Numbered from the stretch's first letter, positions 1 through 10,041 are shown. The stretch is DNA of 64,000 bases from Candidatus Melainabacteria bacterium 17Bon1m (GCA_032128875.1 JAVLKG010000003.1:920974-984973), one strand, 5' to 3'. Numbers and translations are program-made. The notes: a model not told the origin generated them from the letters alone.

Positions 1-341
1 AAGAAGTTTGTTGCAGACGTGTAACGAGATATTTTTCGCGCGAAGATTCTATTGAATTTTTCATAGGCGTGTCTATGAGCGCCACTATAAGAGGCGTATT
101 CAGACAAGTCGTGCATAATCGGCCAGAGAAATTCATTGCAATAACGGTAGTGCCCGTCAATGATTTCTTTGGCCATATCGCCGATTTTTTCTTCTTCGGA
201 GCCGCCAAAGCGAGCACAGACCTCGTTTTCCCCGCCCATGAACCACCAACTACTATTTCCGTTGGCGCTTGCTTCCAACCGCGTCAAGCTGGGGGAAACC
301 CCACCGCCCATCCCCGGGCCACGGTAAGATATAATGTGCAT
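1..341 (-). CDS. otsA: Trehalose-6-phosphate synthase (GT20), N-terminal part; runs off the left edge
   Basis: Not in the ORF track. Manual translation from ATG at 341 (RBS AAGGAGAG): MHIISYRGPGMGGGVSPSL...DGHYRYCNEFLWPIMHDL...AYEKFNRIFA, matching the OtsA SNR, GGL, N..LWP..H and Y..N..FA motifs. Confidence 0.7.
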   Translation of the reverse strand, partial: MHIISYRGPGMGGGVSPSLTRLEASANGNSSWWFMGGENEVCARFGGSEEEKIGDMAKEIIDGHYRYCNEFLWPIMHDLSEYASYSGAHRHAYEKFNRIFARKISRYTSATNF

Positions 342-489
342 TTGGCTCTCCTTGCTGTCGCATGGTTTGAAGTCCATGCATCAAATTTCCGGCACTAAAC
401 TTCGGCTGGTTAGACCCAGAGATTTGCAAAGAGTTCCCGTATTTTTCGATTGTTGATCGTCGTGTCACCTACATCTCAGGATTAAATTA

Positions 490-1314
490 GTGACTGGAAA
501 CCTTGGAAACGAAGCTGGAAAAGAAGGAGCGAAGGCTCCGATACTCGTCGTCGACGACAACAAAGTAAATCAAAAGGTTATGTGCGCCTTGCTCGATCGC
601 TTGGCTCTGTCTTCGGAAATAGCCAATGATGGACAAGAAGCGATCGATATGTGCAGTCGCAACAAATACTCTGTCATATTGATGGATTGCCACATGCCTG
701 TAATGGATGGGTTTGAGGCGACAAAGGTTATACGAAAGCTCGAGAGCGCTGCAGGGACCTACACACCGATTATTGCTGTAACAGCTATGGCTATGGCTGG
801 CGATCGCGAGCGTTGTATCGCGGCTGGCATGGACGATTACATGTCTAAGCCGGTCGACAAGGAATTGCTCAAAATCAAATTGAATCACTGGCTGCGCGAA
901 GATGTCGTCTACAGCAGCTTGAAGATGGCACGCAAATACTTCCGTATGGACAATACAAGCGATGCCACATGCATGGCTGATTTGCTTGAATTCTACGGCG
1001 AAGCGAAGATAGATGAAATTATTCGCGTGTATTTATTTGAAACAGAAGATCTTTTGCGTCGCATCGAAGTGTTCGTCAAAGAAAAACGAAGTGATGCTGT
1101 TGCAGGACTGGCGCACGAATTGAAGGCATCATCCGCATCTATTGGTGCAAAATCGATGGCGCGTTTAAGTTTATATATGGAACAGTCTGCAGGACAACAA
1201 GATTGGTCAGAGGCTGAAATCAGCCTGCAATCACTGAAGCGGCAGTTCGAGCAATTCAAGGAATTCCTGCTCTCTGCGACATGGCCTTCGATTTCAGAAT
1301 CAAAATCTTTGTAA
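490..1314 (+). CDS. Response regulator receiver plus C-terminal Hpt phosphotransfer domain
   Basis: ILVVDDN, LMDCHMPVMDG, TAMA, SKP receiver motifs; LAHELKASSASIGA Hpt motif. Confidence 0.85.
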   Translation: MTGNLGNEAGKEGAKAPILVVDDNKVNQKVMCALLDRLALSSEIANDGQEAIDMCSRNKYSVILMDCHMPVMDGFEATKVIRKLESAAGTYTPIIAVTAMAMAGDRERCIAAGMDDYMSKPVDKELLKIKLNHWLREDVVYSSLKMARKYFRMDNTSDATCMADLLEFYGEAKIDEIIRVYLFETEDLLRRIEVFVKEKRSDAVAGLAHELKASSASIGAKSMARLSLYMEQSAGQQDWSEAEISLQSLKRQFEQFKEFLLSATWPSISESKSL

Positions 1315-1380
1315 AACCTAGGTACCGTGAGCTTTTTGGCTCGCTTAATGTTAAGTTGCCCGCGAAAGTTTGATGAATCG

Positions 1381-1406
1381 GGAACTTTGAGGCATTTTAC
1401 CGTCTG
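1381..1406 (+). promoter_or_regulatory. Putative ECF sigma promoter GGAAC-N16-GTC
   Basis: GGAACTT...CGTCTG about 110 bp upstream of the LRV gene; fits the AAC/CGT ECF pattern. Confidence 0.4.
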
Positions 1407-1513
1407 TGTCTTATAACAGCCTGATACGCATCAGGGGCAAGTTTGAGATGAAACCAGGCTGCGATCTTTAGACTTTCTGCCGATTTTTCGGTCCTAGAAA
1501 CGAGGTAACACTA

Positions 1514-2017
1514 GTGTTTAGCTACTTTAAGAAACTCATTAAAGTGCAGCGCTTTCAATCGAATAACAGCTCATTGCCTTACTTCACGCTCGCCAAACTT
1601 CGCCTGGCGGCGCATCCACAAGCCCGCTCGGAGGCTTTATCACGGTTGGCAAAGAGCAAAATAGAACAGGTGCTTGTAAGAGTCGCGGAAAATTCCAATA
1701 CTCCACAAGATACTCTGTGCGATTTGGCGCTTTCAGATTCTGCAGATGTAAGAGCTGCAGTGGCGGACAATCAAAACACCCCGGCACGCGCGCTTTTCTT
1801 GCTTGCAATGGATAAAGACTTAGATGTCCGGTACAGCATTGCGGAAAACCACAACGCACCTCCTGCGGTGCTTCAACTTCTCACACAAGATGAGAATCCG
1901 TATGTCGCTTGCAGGGCTTCATCGACGTTGAAGCGTGCATTGGACTATCCGAATATTTCAGGTTCGGACCGTCTATGGGGCGGTGAAGAGCGCTTCCGGC
2001 GTTCAGGAACAGGTTGA
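1514..2017 (+). CDS. Leucine-rich-repeat variant (LRV/HEAT-like) protein
   Basis: Repeated VRxAVAxNxNTPxxxLxxLA units. Confidence 0.75.
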   Translation: MFSYFKKLIKVQRFQSNNSSLPYFTLAKLRLAAHPQARSEALSRLAKSKIEQVLVRVAENSNTPQDTLCDLALSDSADVRAAVADNQNTPARALFLLAMDKDLDVRYSIAENHNAPPAVLQLLTQDENPYVACRASSTLKRALDYPNISGSDRLWGGEERFRRSGTG

Positions 2018-2048
2018 AAATTCTGTTAGCTACTTCAAATAAATTCGA

Positions 2049-2107
2049 AAGAGGAGCCCGCGAGGGCTCTTCTTCATTTAGAAAGGGGAGCTGAATCTCA
2101 GCTCCCC
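2049..2107. terminator. Two hairpins between convergent genes
   Basis: AAGAGGAGCCC-GCGA-GGGCTCTTCTT and GGGGAGCTGA-ATC-TCAGCTCCCC. Confidence 0.65.
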
Positions 2108-2140
2108 CGGCGGGTCAACTTCCTGGGCATCAGGAATGAT

Positions 2141-2809
2141 CTAGGCAGATTCTTTGAGGTAAGGTGCCAATTGGGCTTGAATCTTCACGCGGGCGCGAGA
2201 GATTCTTGATTTCACCGTTCCCAATTCGGTGTTGGTGATGACGGCGATTTCTTCATAGGACAAACCATCAACTTCGCGAAGAAGGACGGACTGTCTGAAC
2301 TGTTGTGGGATTTTTTCCAGAGCTTCGCCGAGCGCTTGAACCAATTCCATTCTTTGGAATGCTTTGTCTGGTTGAGTTGTCGTGTCGGCAATGGCGCGTT
2401 CTGCATTCTTTGTGCCATCTTCGCTTTCCACTGGTTCATCAAGCGAGATAACGTCTTGGTTGCGAACTTTTCGTCTCAGTTCGTCATAGTAGAGGTTGGT
2501 GACTATCTGTCCGAGCCAGGCTTTAAAAGCGGCTGGGCTTCTCAGTTGATCGATGGATTTCCACATCCTGATATATGCTTCTTGCACGATATCTTGCGTG
2601 TCCGTCCATTCGGGAGCGCGCTTGCGGATCATCGCAACAATGGTTGTTTTATGGCGCTTCAAAAGTTGGTCAATTGCACCTGCTCTGTGTTGCTGGCAGG
2701 CGACGATAAGTTCGGCGTCGGTCATATCGCTGAAATTCTTCTGCGATGCAACTACCGAAAGGTGATTGACTTTCTTCGCGCTTGGAAGGAATTTCACGGT
2801 ATTACTCAT
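2141..2809 (-). CDS. ECF RNA polymerase sigma-70 factor (SigG/RpoE-like)
   Basis: DIVQEAYIRMW, FKAWL region 2; GLSYEEIA...GTVKSRISRAR region 4; ATG at 2809 with GGAGAG upstream. Confidence 0.9.
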   Translation of the reverse strand: MSNTVKFLPSAKKVNHLSVVASQKNFSDMTDAELIVACQQHRAGAIDQLLKRHKTTIVAMIRKRAPEWTDTQDIVQEAYIRMWKSIDQLRSPAAFKAWLGQIVTNLYYDELRRKVRNQDVISLDEPVESEDGTKNAERAIADTTTQPDKAFQRMELVQALGEALEKIPQQFRQSVLLREVDGLSYEEIAVITNTELGTVKSRISRARVKIQAQLAPYLKESA

Positions 2810-2940
2810 TTTTTTCTCTCCACGTCTTAGGACGGTAAATAGCAGCAAAATACCCGCTCCGACGGCATGTGTGCCGTTGGTCGGTTTTTAAAGGTGGGAG
2901 GCGTTTCGTATTCGCCTTACCCTTTCATTCTGCCACCGCC

Positions 2941-2966
2941 GACGGGGACTCACAATTATGGTTTCC
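2941..2966 (-). promoter_or_regulatory. Putative autoregulatory ECF promoter GGAAAC-N16-CGTC
   Basis: Minus strand GGAAAC cataattgtgagtccc CGTC, about 130 bp upstream of the sigma gene. Confidence 0.35.
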
Positions 2967-3175
2967 TGCAGTGAAAAGAGGTTTGATATCGCTTGTCTGA
3001 TGCTAGAAAACCAGGTAAGGTTCGCCGTTTTATAGATTGTTACGCTCATTTTCGGGAAGCGATATAGGGTTTACTGGTAGTGCTCTTTGTTGAACATGCA
3101 ATTGTGTAAGATCATGCCTCACTTTTTATTGGAAAGAGCGAAACGCTGATGAAAGGCTGCTTTAACAGAAATGAC

Positions 3176-3199
3176 AAAAAAGGCGGAGAGATCCGCCTT
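3176..3199 (-). terminator. Intrinsic terminator
   Basis: Minus strand AAGGCGGA-TCTC-TCCGCCTTTTTT. Confidence 0.7.
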
Positions 3200-3487
3200 C
3201 TCTGTTTTGTCTCACGTTCCGTTCGGCATAACCCTGCGAGAAGCTAGGCCGATTCTCTGAAAAACTTTTGATTACTTCTAATTTTGCCATTGGCATATGG
3301 AAGCAACAACAATGGTTTGCCCTAGTGAAGTGTCTCTTGATTTCCCGTGTTGCAAAATCTCTTATCCGTCAGAATGCAAGTGTTTTCTGTCGATGTTACG
3401 TAAGATTTCGGGCTGCTGTATCGGGTTTTCCCGTAGGAATGGGCCCTGTACTAGAGTCTGATTTTACTGTGAAGTCTGCCACCAATT

Positions 3488-4213
3488 TCAGCGTGTTCGC
3501 AAGCGAGATTTACTTTGAGATCTATATAGATCCCTGGAGATAAATGTATCGTGCCCATCATCACTGCGGAAAACCTCGACAAGCAACTCACCCGGAGAGC
3601 CCGTTTGCTCAAGCCGTTTCAGTTGAGCCTTTTCACAACTCTGGGCCATTTTCTGCGACCCAAGAAATTCGACTTTCAATTGTGACGCATTAGTGAGAGC
3701 CCTTATCTGAATGGGCGTGTCCGTCGTGTTCTCAAACTTAAGGTCTGCTCTGCCATACCAGACCGTTGCATCGAAGCCTGGTGGCACCGTCTGCATGGTG
3801 CGCAAATGAGGGACTCTCTCCACGATCTTTAATCCCGCGGTAAGTGCAGATTGATATAGGCACGACGATAAAAGACAAATGCCACCACCCAGAGTATTAG
3901 GCGTTTCCCCACCTAAATAAGATGGAGCCGGCTGGTAACCTTGTTTTCCGGTACGTGGGCCAACTTTACCGTTGAAGGAGAAAGTTTCTCCCGGTTTCAC
4001 AATCGCACCATCAAGCCTCTGTGCTGCTTGATACAAGTTGTTCTTTTGCTCGTATGAAAGCGCCCGCAAACTTACGACGCGTGAAACTATTACTTTTGAA
4101 AATGGGTATACAGCGAAATTTGTCGCTACCAATGTGCCCGTCAACAGAATCAAGAAGATGATTTTGAAATCCAGTAGAGTGGACACTGCATTTTTCACGG
4201 TTGAGAGTTTCAT
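3488..4213 (-). CDS. VanW family protein with N-terminal TM segment
   Basis: PGETFSFN, GGGICLLSSCLY, ERVPH, GFDATV, DLKFEN motifs. Confidence 0.88.
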   Translation of the reverse strand: MKLSTVKNAVSTLLDFKIIFLILLTGTLVATNFAVYPFSKVIVSRVVSLRALSYEQKNNLYQAAQRLDGAIVKPGETFSFNGKVGPRTGKQGYQPAPSYLGGETPNTLGGGICLLSSCLYQSALTAGLKIVERVPHLRTMQTVPPGFDATVWYGRADLKFENTTDTPIQIRALTNASQLKVEFLGSQKMAQSCEKAQLKRLEQTGSPGELLVEVFRSDDGHDTFISRDLYRSQSKSRLRTR

Positions 4214-4217
4214 ATTC

Positions 4218-7200
4218 CTACTCGGTTATCTTGAGCACATCAAGCATGGAATACCCGCGGACACTCTTGGTGTACATTCCTTCGAATGTGACCGGGTTCA
4301 ACTGCACGTCACCAGGCAATTCCATGCGCAACAGCGTGTGGAATTCTGATTTGCCTGCCGGCATTTCTGTGCCGAAGAATACGATCCGGTCATCGAGTAC
4401 ATCCTGGTGAGTCCACCATGGTTGCCCCCAGTCCCCTTCAATAACGGTGCCACCACTTTCGCCGTCCATCTCTTCCGATTTGTGATTTTCGACAACTTCG
4501 GCACCTGAAGGCAGAGGCGACTCGACGATGATGTATGGCACATGTACCGGTGTTTCTATGTAAACCTTCATAAGCACAGTCTCGCCGGACTTAATCTGTC
4601 CGCCTGCAATTGGTACCGTGCGGAATCGAAGAGTTCCGGTGCTAGCTTCTTTTACTGTTTGTAAGCGGAAGAATTTGCGTGTAACTTTCAGCCCTTTTGG
4701 AAGTGCTTCAGCCTCTATATTTTCGCCCGGTAAGAGCTTTCTGAAATAGGTTTGCAAAAGTGTGTAATAGAGCTTTCCTGCTCCCTCTTTTTTGAGCGTT
4801 ATGGTGTCTTTGAGATCGGCAGGCAATGAGACTTTGCTTTCCGCTGCGTACCGACTCTTAGGGTCAAACTTCAGTTGCGCGAACACACTGTCTTTCATCA
4901 GAGCATCCAGTGAGAAGTTTGTCTCTTTGCTGCTGCGATTGAGAATGTCATCTTTGAGAAGCACTAAGAAAACCTCAGCTGTGGTTTTTGTGTTGTCCCA
5001 ACCAGATTTGCCTCTCTGCATCATGAGCCAGCGCTTGATTGCTTCAACCTTTTGCTCATTTTTTGGTTCCATCGTCAGCACCGCGCGCAGTGCCAGAGCT
5101 GTCGACTCCACCCCTGTGAAACGGTATGAGTACTCAAGCATGTGCGGTTTAAAGGTCGGACCCATCAGCTTTTGGGCGAGCTGCAGTGTATGGTCCCAAT
5201 CGATGGTCTCACCACTTTCATTGGCAAGCTCAAGCAATCTTTGATAAAACACATTCGCTTGTTTGTCTTGCTTCGCATTTTTGAGCGTTATCGTCAGATA
5301 CGTGAGCGCTTCAGGTGTTAATGAGTTGACCTCTTTCTCGAAGCTCGCGCAGATTTTCGCATCTGGTTTTTGCCCAGTCAGGCTGAGAGCGTAGAGAGCT
5401 CTTGCCAGATCGATGCGTTTTTCTCTGTAGTCATAGGCTTCGATCTTGATTTTGGGATCGTGCAATTGTTTGTTCAATTCGACGACGTTCTTGCTCAACC
5501 ATTGGCGACCCGTATCAATCATCTCGCGCGGGACGCTGTAGTCGCAATCCTTGAGCATGAGCAAGCCTTCGACCACATACGATGTCAGATACATGTTGCT
5601 CTCGTCGTCGACCCACCATCCCCAACCTCCATCGCTGTGGTGGTGGTCGGTGAGCTTCTTCATTCCCATTTTGAAAATCTCGTCAAATTTCTTTTTCTGT
5701 GCCGCAGTTACCGGCATGTCGAGGTTTTTCTGCAATTGGAAGGCGACGATTGAAGGCACGAGCCGGCTTAGGGTTTGCTCTGTGCACCCGTATGGATAGT
5801 CGATCAAGGAATCGAAGCTGCCGATTACAGGGCCCATCGAAGAGCTTGCCACAGTTAAATTGACTTTGCCTCTGTCTGCTCCTTTCACCGGAGGTTGTAT
5901 CCGCAAATCAACTTGCTGCGAATCTTGAGTCAATACGCCTGTCTTCGCGACAAATGCCGGCACTCCAAGTGGACGTACAGGCAATTTCACTTCCATCGCG
6001 TCTGCGCGTGTGTCGCCTATTGCTTTGACACTAATCGCCACTTGCCCAGCGGACAAAACGTTGACCGGCCAAATATGGCGATACGCCTTTTCCGGCGCGA
6101 CCTTGAATGTCGCAGTGAGCGGCGCATCTGTACTCAGTTGTCGCGTCATGTTGACTGACAATTTGATGTTCTGCTCTTTTTCAGAATAGTTGTGCACGAT
6201 GCATGTGACCTGACTGTGATCTCCTTCGCTGAAGAATCTAGGCAGTGCCAAACGGACGAGCACGTCTTGAGTCGAGAGAACCTTATTGATGCATGAGCCG
6301 ACTTCGGTCGTCATCGAAACTCCACGTACGGTCGCGCGCCAAGTCGTGAGATTGTCCGGCAGCTTGACTTTCGCTGTAGCGATGCCGTCTTTGTCGGTAA
6401 TCAATTCAGGTGCCCAGAAGGCTGTGTCCTTGAAGTCTTTTCTCACGCGCGGCTCGATTTTGTCAGGACCTCCTGAGTAAGTTTCCGGGAACGAGCACAT
6501 CACCTGCACGAGATTCTCTCGCCTGGCGTAAAAGAATTTGCGAATGTCTTGCGCAAGCTCTGCTCTAATTGAATAGATGCTTTCGTCCACGACACCAAGT
6601 GAAAGCTCAGTGTTGGCGGCGGGAGTATGATCTGCTTTCTCTGCCTTAATTGTATATGTCACCGTTTCGCCTGGTTGATAACGAGGTTTGTCGGTTGCAA
6701 CTTGCACCGTCAAGAAATTGTTCGCCGGCGAAACTTTGATCATCTTGTTCTGCGTGTAGAACTGATGTTTTTTAGTTACGAGTACTGCGTTGACGTACAC
6801 ATTGGGTGCGTACTTTTCCTCAATCGGAATTTCAATCAACTGCGCTGTCGATGAAAGCGGTACTACATGCCGTTTATAGATGGTTGTCCCTTCAACGGTT
6901 ATTACCGCCTGTGCGCCTTCGCTTCCGGTGACAGGTCCGCTAAACATCAAGCGAGCCGTGTCTCCTGGTTTGTAAATTGCTTTATCGAAGCGCAGTGAGA
7001 CTGGTTCGCTCTGCGCGTTGTTGCCGCTTAAAATGTAAGGATAGTCAGGGCTGGCGATCCATATGCTTGACTGGTCACCGACGAGGTTGCCCGCACCATC
7101 CGAGGCACGTGCGGAAATGTAGTAGGTGTCCGTAGCGTACTGGTCTTTAACCGGGAATATGACTTTGCCTTTTCCTTGAGCATCAGTCACAACTTTCGCT

Positions 7201-9245
7201 TCGCCAAGTACTTGTTCATCTCTATAAGTGTACGTCGAAGCGTCCCATGGATAGCGGCTGAGGCGCATTGTAATCGCTTGATTGGCGACCGGCTTGCCGT
7301 CGTAATCAATCGCTGTCACGGTCGCATTCAAACTGTCGCCGACTTTGGCGACATAAGAATCTGGCGTGACGAACAAACAGAAATTCCCCGCAGAAACTTT
7401 TGCAGTGCCGGAACTCACCACAGTCATTCGGCTGATGTCCGTAACTTCTGCTTCGATTTTGTAATTACGATCTCTGTATTCACTGGAATTAGGATGCTCG
7501 CCGAGTGGCTCAGCTTTCTTTGTTTGAACTTCGACTATTGCCTCACCGTTGTCGTCGGTCGTGACAGTGCCTTCCTCGACATAGTCCCCACCGTACTCTC
7601 CGTAGTCTTCGTCTGAATCCCAATCATCGAAGAAAGCAAAATATTCAGGTCTGTCTTGCAGTCTGTATCGACTAGACCAATCTGTCGATGAATAGATTGA
7701 ATACTTCACCTGCGCATTGGCAACCGGTCCACCAAAGAAATATGTAGCGTGGATTTTGGCTTTCACCTTCTGTCCGGCGACATATCGTGCTTCAAGTGGT
7801 TTGACTTCAACCTGATATTCCGGCTTTCTGTATTGCGCGACTTCGAAATTTTCGTACGCTACCGTGCCGTCAGGATAGGTGATATTGATGGAATAGGCGC
7901 CCGTCTTGCCGTCTTGTGGAATTGAGTACAGTCCGTGGAATGTTCCGTGATCTGATGTTTTGATTTTTCCGTTGAACAACTCTTCGCTGTTCGGATCTTC
8001 TATATGAACATTCAGTTCTATATTTTTGCCGGGGTTTTTGAATCCGTCCGGCGAAATTCCTCTGGCTATGCCTTTGAAATTGACCGTCTGCCCAAGCCGA
8101 TAGACTGGGCGATCCGTATAAAAATAAGTCTGCATCTTGTCGGACGAAGAGCGCCAATAGTTCATAGCACCGTAAGCGATATTGCTTCCTGACACTCCCA
8201 TGACTAAGGTGTTGAAACTTGATTGAGTGTTGGTTGATTTTGGCAGTGCACATTCGACAAAACCATCGTTCGCCGTCACGCCGCTTGCCAGTGCATTCTT
8301 GGGGGTGTCCTTGATAAGGCTTTCGTAGATGTTTATCTGTGCGCCGCTTACTGGTTTTAGCGTATTGAGATCAATGGCGCGCACGAGAGTTTTTTCCGGC
8401 GCTTGCCAAACTACAAGACCGATATCAGTGACGCTAAACCAGTGAATAGCGTGCGTGTGTTTCGTCGAATTGACGCCTTGCGCTTCACCATAAACTACAT
8501 AATCGCCCTGGGGAAGCGGCTTGTCGAGCTGAAATTCTGCACGTGATGAATCATTTTCATCTTGCTGGAGATCGCGGCTGAGAACGGCAACCGGAGTGTC
8601 TTTTGGAAATGGGATCGTGAATTTGTTCTGATTGCTTCTGTAAAGCTCCAGGCTGTTGCTCAGTTCATAGCCCCATTTGTCGAAGGACTTCTCTTTCGCT
8701 AGTTTGAGAATGTCTGTTTTGTAGACCTTAACTTTGACGTTTTTCGAGGCGGTAGCATTTGCCCAGAATCGAGGCGCCTCCTTGCTCGTGAATGTGCGCA
8801 TGTTCGAGGCAATGGAAAGGCTCGGTTCAATCAATGAAAGGTGAGTGCTGTCATGCACAACAGTATTCTTTCCGTCTTCGATAAAAACACCGTTAACGTA
8901 TTCGGTGGCATATCCGGTGGCACGGAGCTTTATTTGATACTCCCCAGCCGGTAACTGATCGATACGATATGTGCCGTCTTGGTTTATCCAAACACCGCGC
9001 TCGACTTGCGGGCCGCCACGCGGCCCATATGCCATCGCGTAAACTTTGTTGCCTTTCAGGTCGTAGCTTGAAATTCCAAACCCTCTCTCTTCGAGATCGA
9101 TCTGTCCTGAAACCGACCCGACTGGATGTTCGAGATAAGCACTGAGCAGTGCCAAGAACAGGAGCTGTACGACAACCAGATTCCATGCCGTAAGTATGCT
9201 GCGAGGCTGGTTTTGGATGACTTTGGTATTAATTATGGAAGACAT
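4218..9245 (-). CDS. Bacterial alpha-2-macroglobulin (MG2/A2M) with thioester motif
   Basis: 1675 aa; YTDRPVYRLGQ, YRKPEY, VRKDFKDTAFW, LPDNLTTWR, YPYGCTEQ (CxEQ), DGGWGWW; N-terminal hydrophobic segment. Confidence 0.95.
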   Translation of the reverse strand: MSSIINTKVIQNQPRSILTAWNLVVVQLLFLALLSAYLEHPVGSVSGQIDLEERGFGISSYDLKGNKVYAMAYGPRGGPQVERGVWINQDGTYRIDQLPAGEYQIKLRATGYATEYVNGVFIEDGKNTVVHDSTHLSLIEPSLSIASNMRTFTSKEAPRFWANATASKNVKVKVYKTDILKLAKEKSFDKWGYELSNSLELYRSNQNKFTIPFPKDTPVAVLSRDLQQDENDSSRAEFQLDKPLPQGDYVVYGEAQGVNSTKHTHAIHWFSVTDIGLVVWQAPEKTLVRAIDLNTLKPVSGAQINIYESLIKDTPKNALASGVTANDGFVECALPKSTNTQSSFNTLVMGVSGSNIAYGAMNYWRSSSDKMQTYFYTDRPVYRLGQTVNFKGIARGISPDGFKNPGKNIELNVHIEDPNSEELFNGKIKTSDHGTFHGLYSIPQDGKTGAYSINITYPDGTVAYENFEVAQYRKPEYQVEVKPLEARYVAGQKVKAKIHATYFFGGPVANAQVKYSIYSSTDWSSRYRLQDRPEYFAFFDDWDSDEDYGEYGGDYVEEGTVTTDDNGEAIVEVQTKKAEPLGEHPNSSEYRDRNYKIEAEVTDISRMTVVSSGTAKVSAGNFCLFVTPDSYVAKVGDSLNATVTAIDYDGKPVANQAITMRLSRYPWDASTYTYRDEQVLGEAKVVTDAQGKGKVIFPVKDQYATDTYYISARASDGAGNLVGDQSSIWIASPDYPYILSGNNAQSEPVSLRFDKAIYKPGDTARLMFSGPVTGSEGAQAVITVEGTTIYKRHVVPLSSTAQLIEIPIEEKYAPNVYVNAVLVTKKHQFYTQNKMIKVSPANNFLTVQVATDKPRYQPGETVTYTIKAEKADHTPAANTELSLGVVDESIYSIRAELAQDIRKFFYARRENLVQVMCSFPETYSGGPDKIEPRVRKDFKDTAFWAPELITDKDGIATAKVKLPDNLTTWRATVRGVSMTTEVGSCINKVLSTQDVLVRLALPRFFSEGDHSQVTCIVHNYSEKEQNIKLSVNMTRQLSTDAPLTATFKVAPEKAYRHIWPVNVLSAGQVAISVKAIGDTRADAMEVKLPVRPLGVPAFVAKTGVLTQDSQQVDLRIQPPVKGADRGKVNLTVASSSMGPVIGSFDSLIDYPYGCTEQTLSRLVPSIVAFQLQKNLDMPVTAAQKKKFDEIFKMGMKKLTDHHHSDGGWGWWVDDESNMYLTSYVVEGLLMLKDCDYSVPREMIDTGRQWLSKNVVELNKQLHDPKIKIEAYDYREKRIDLARALYALSLTGQKPDAKICASFEKEVNSLTPEALTYLTITLKNAKQDKQANVFYQRLLELANESGETIDWDHTLQLAQKLMGPTFKPHMLEYSYRFTGVESTALALRAVLTMEPKNEQKVEAIKRWLMMQRGKSGWDNTKTTAEVFLVLLKDDILNRSSKETNFSLDALMKDSVFAQLKFDPKSRYAAESKVSLPADLKDTITLKKEGAGKLYYTLLQTYFRKLLPGENIEAEALPKGLKVTRKFFRLQTVKEASTGTLRFRTVPIAGGQIKSGETVLMKVYIETPVHVPYIIVESPLPSGAEVVENHKSEEMDGESGGTVIEGDWGQPWWTHQDVLDDRIVFFGTEMPAGKSEFHTLLRMELPGDVQLNPVTFEGMYTKSVRGYSMLDVLKITE

Positions 9246-9855
9246 CGGCGGTAATCCTGTACATTTGGCAACGAGAGTTGACGGGAATTCCAGCTTTCAA
9301 TTTGCATTGCACCAGTTGGTAGTGTGCATCGACGCATTCGCCCGGCAGAAGTACTGCCGCACGCCCTGCCTGTCTAACAAAGAGTCCGTGTTTTAAAGGA
9401 TTGATTGCGCGAATACTTTCAATTGGATCAACTGATTTGATGACTGTAACCTGTGCTTTGAGCTTGCCGATTTCTCCGCGCTTCACCTGGCTGAATCTGT
9501 ATTCTTTTGTGAGCGCGGCCTCGGTCGTAAAAACTGTTGAGCTGATGAGATCTGCATGTTCCGGTGTGATTGAGCCCCAGCATGCTCGAGTCTTTCCATC
9601 TTTAGACAATGTGACGAAAAGACCTCTCGGTTCTCCGGTCACTTTTCCTTTGGAAAGTTCCTCGGTTAATTGCGTCAGCGATTTTCGTTTACCATCCGGA
9701 AGAAAATGATTTTCAACTGTTCGCATAGCAATCTCATTCAGATGCAGCGATTTCACTCGCGCATCCGTATCAGGTTGCGCGTTCGCCAGTGCAAGTGGCG
9801 ACGCGGCAAAAACTATGCTGCTGTAAGCAGCAATATAGGCGACAAGACGCTTCAT
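9229..9855 (-). CDS. AMMECR1-domain protein with predicted signal peptide
   Basis: GLFVTL...TRACWG (cf. LRGCIG), EYRF (cf. DPRF), HGL...LLP, KAG; N-terminus MKRLVAYIAAYSSIVFAASPLALANA. Confidence 0.8.
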   Translation of the reverse strand: MKRLVAYIAAYSSIVFAASPLALANAQPDTDARVKSLHLNEIAMRTVENHFLPDGKRKSLTQLTEELSKGKVTGEPRGLFVTLSKDGKTRACWGSITPEHADLISSTVFTTEAALTKEYRFSQVKRGEIGKLKAQVTVIKSVDPIESIRAINPLKHGLFVRQAGRAAVLLPGECVDAHYQLVQCKLKAGIPVNSRCQMYRITADVFHN

Positions 9856-10041
9856 AAACCTAAGAGTTTACCCTGAGTCGCTCGAAGAAATTCACACATG
9901 GAATTTCAACAGACAACTTTCTAACAACCATTATCACCAGAGCCTGTAAACTTATACAGGCGCACAGGTTGCAAAGCTGTGAAATGATTGTGATGGCTTT
10001 GTAAAACGCCAACAGGCGCGCGTTTGTAAGGGTTTCAGCGT

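Noticed and set aside
800-807. HIP1 octamer GCGATCGC (also at 59255)
   Set aside because: Only about two noticed by eye in 64 kb, so no sign of enrichment
3282-3323. Minus-strand AGGGCAAACCATT resembling a c-di-GMP-I riboswitch start
   Set aside because: No GNRA-capped P2 and no GACGCAAAGC/P3 segment follow
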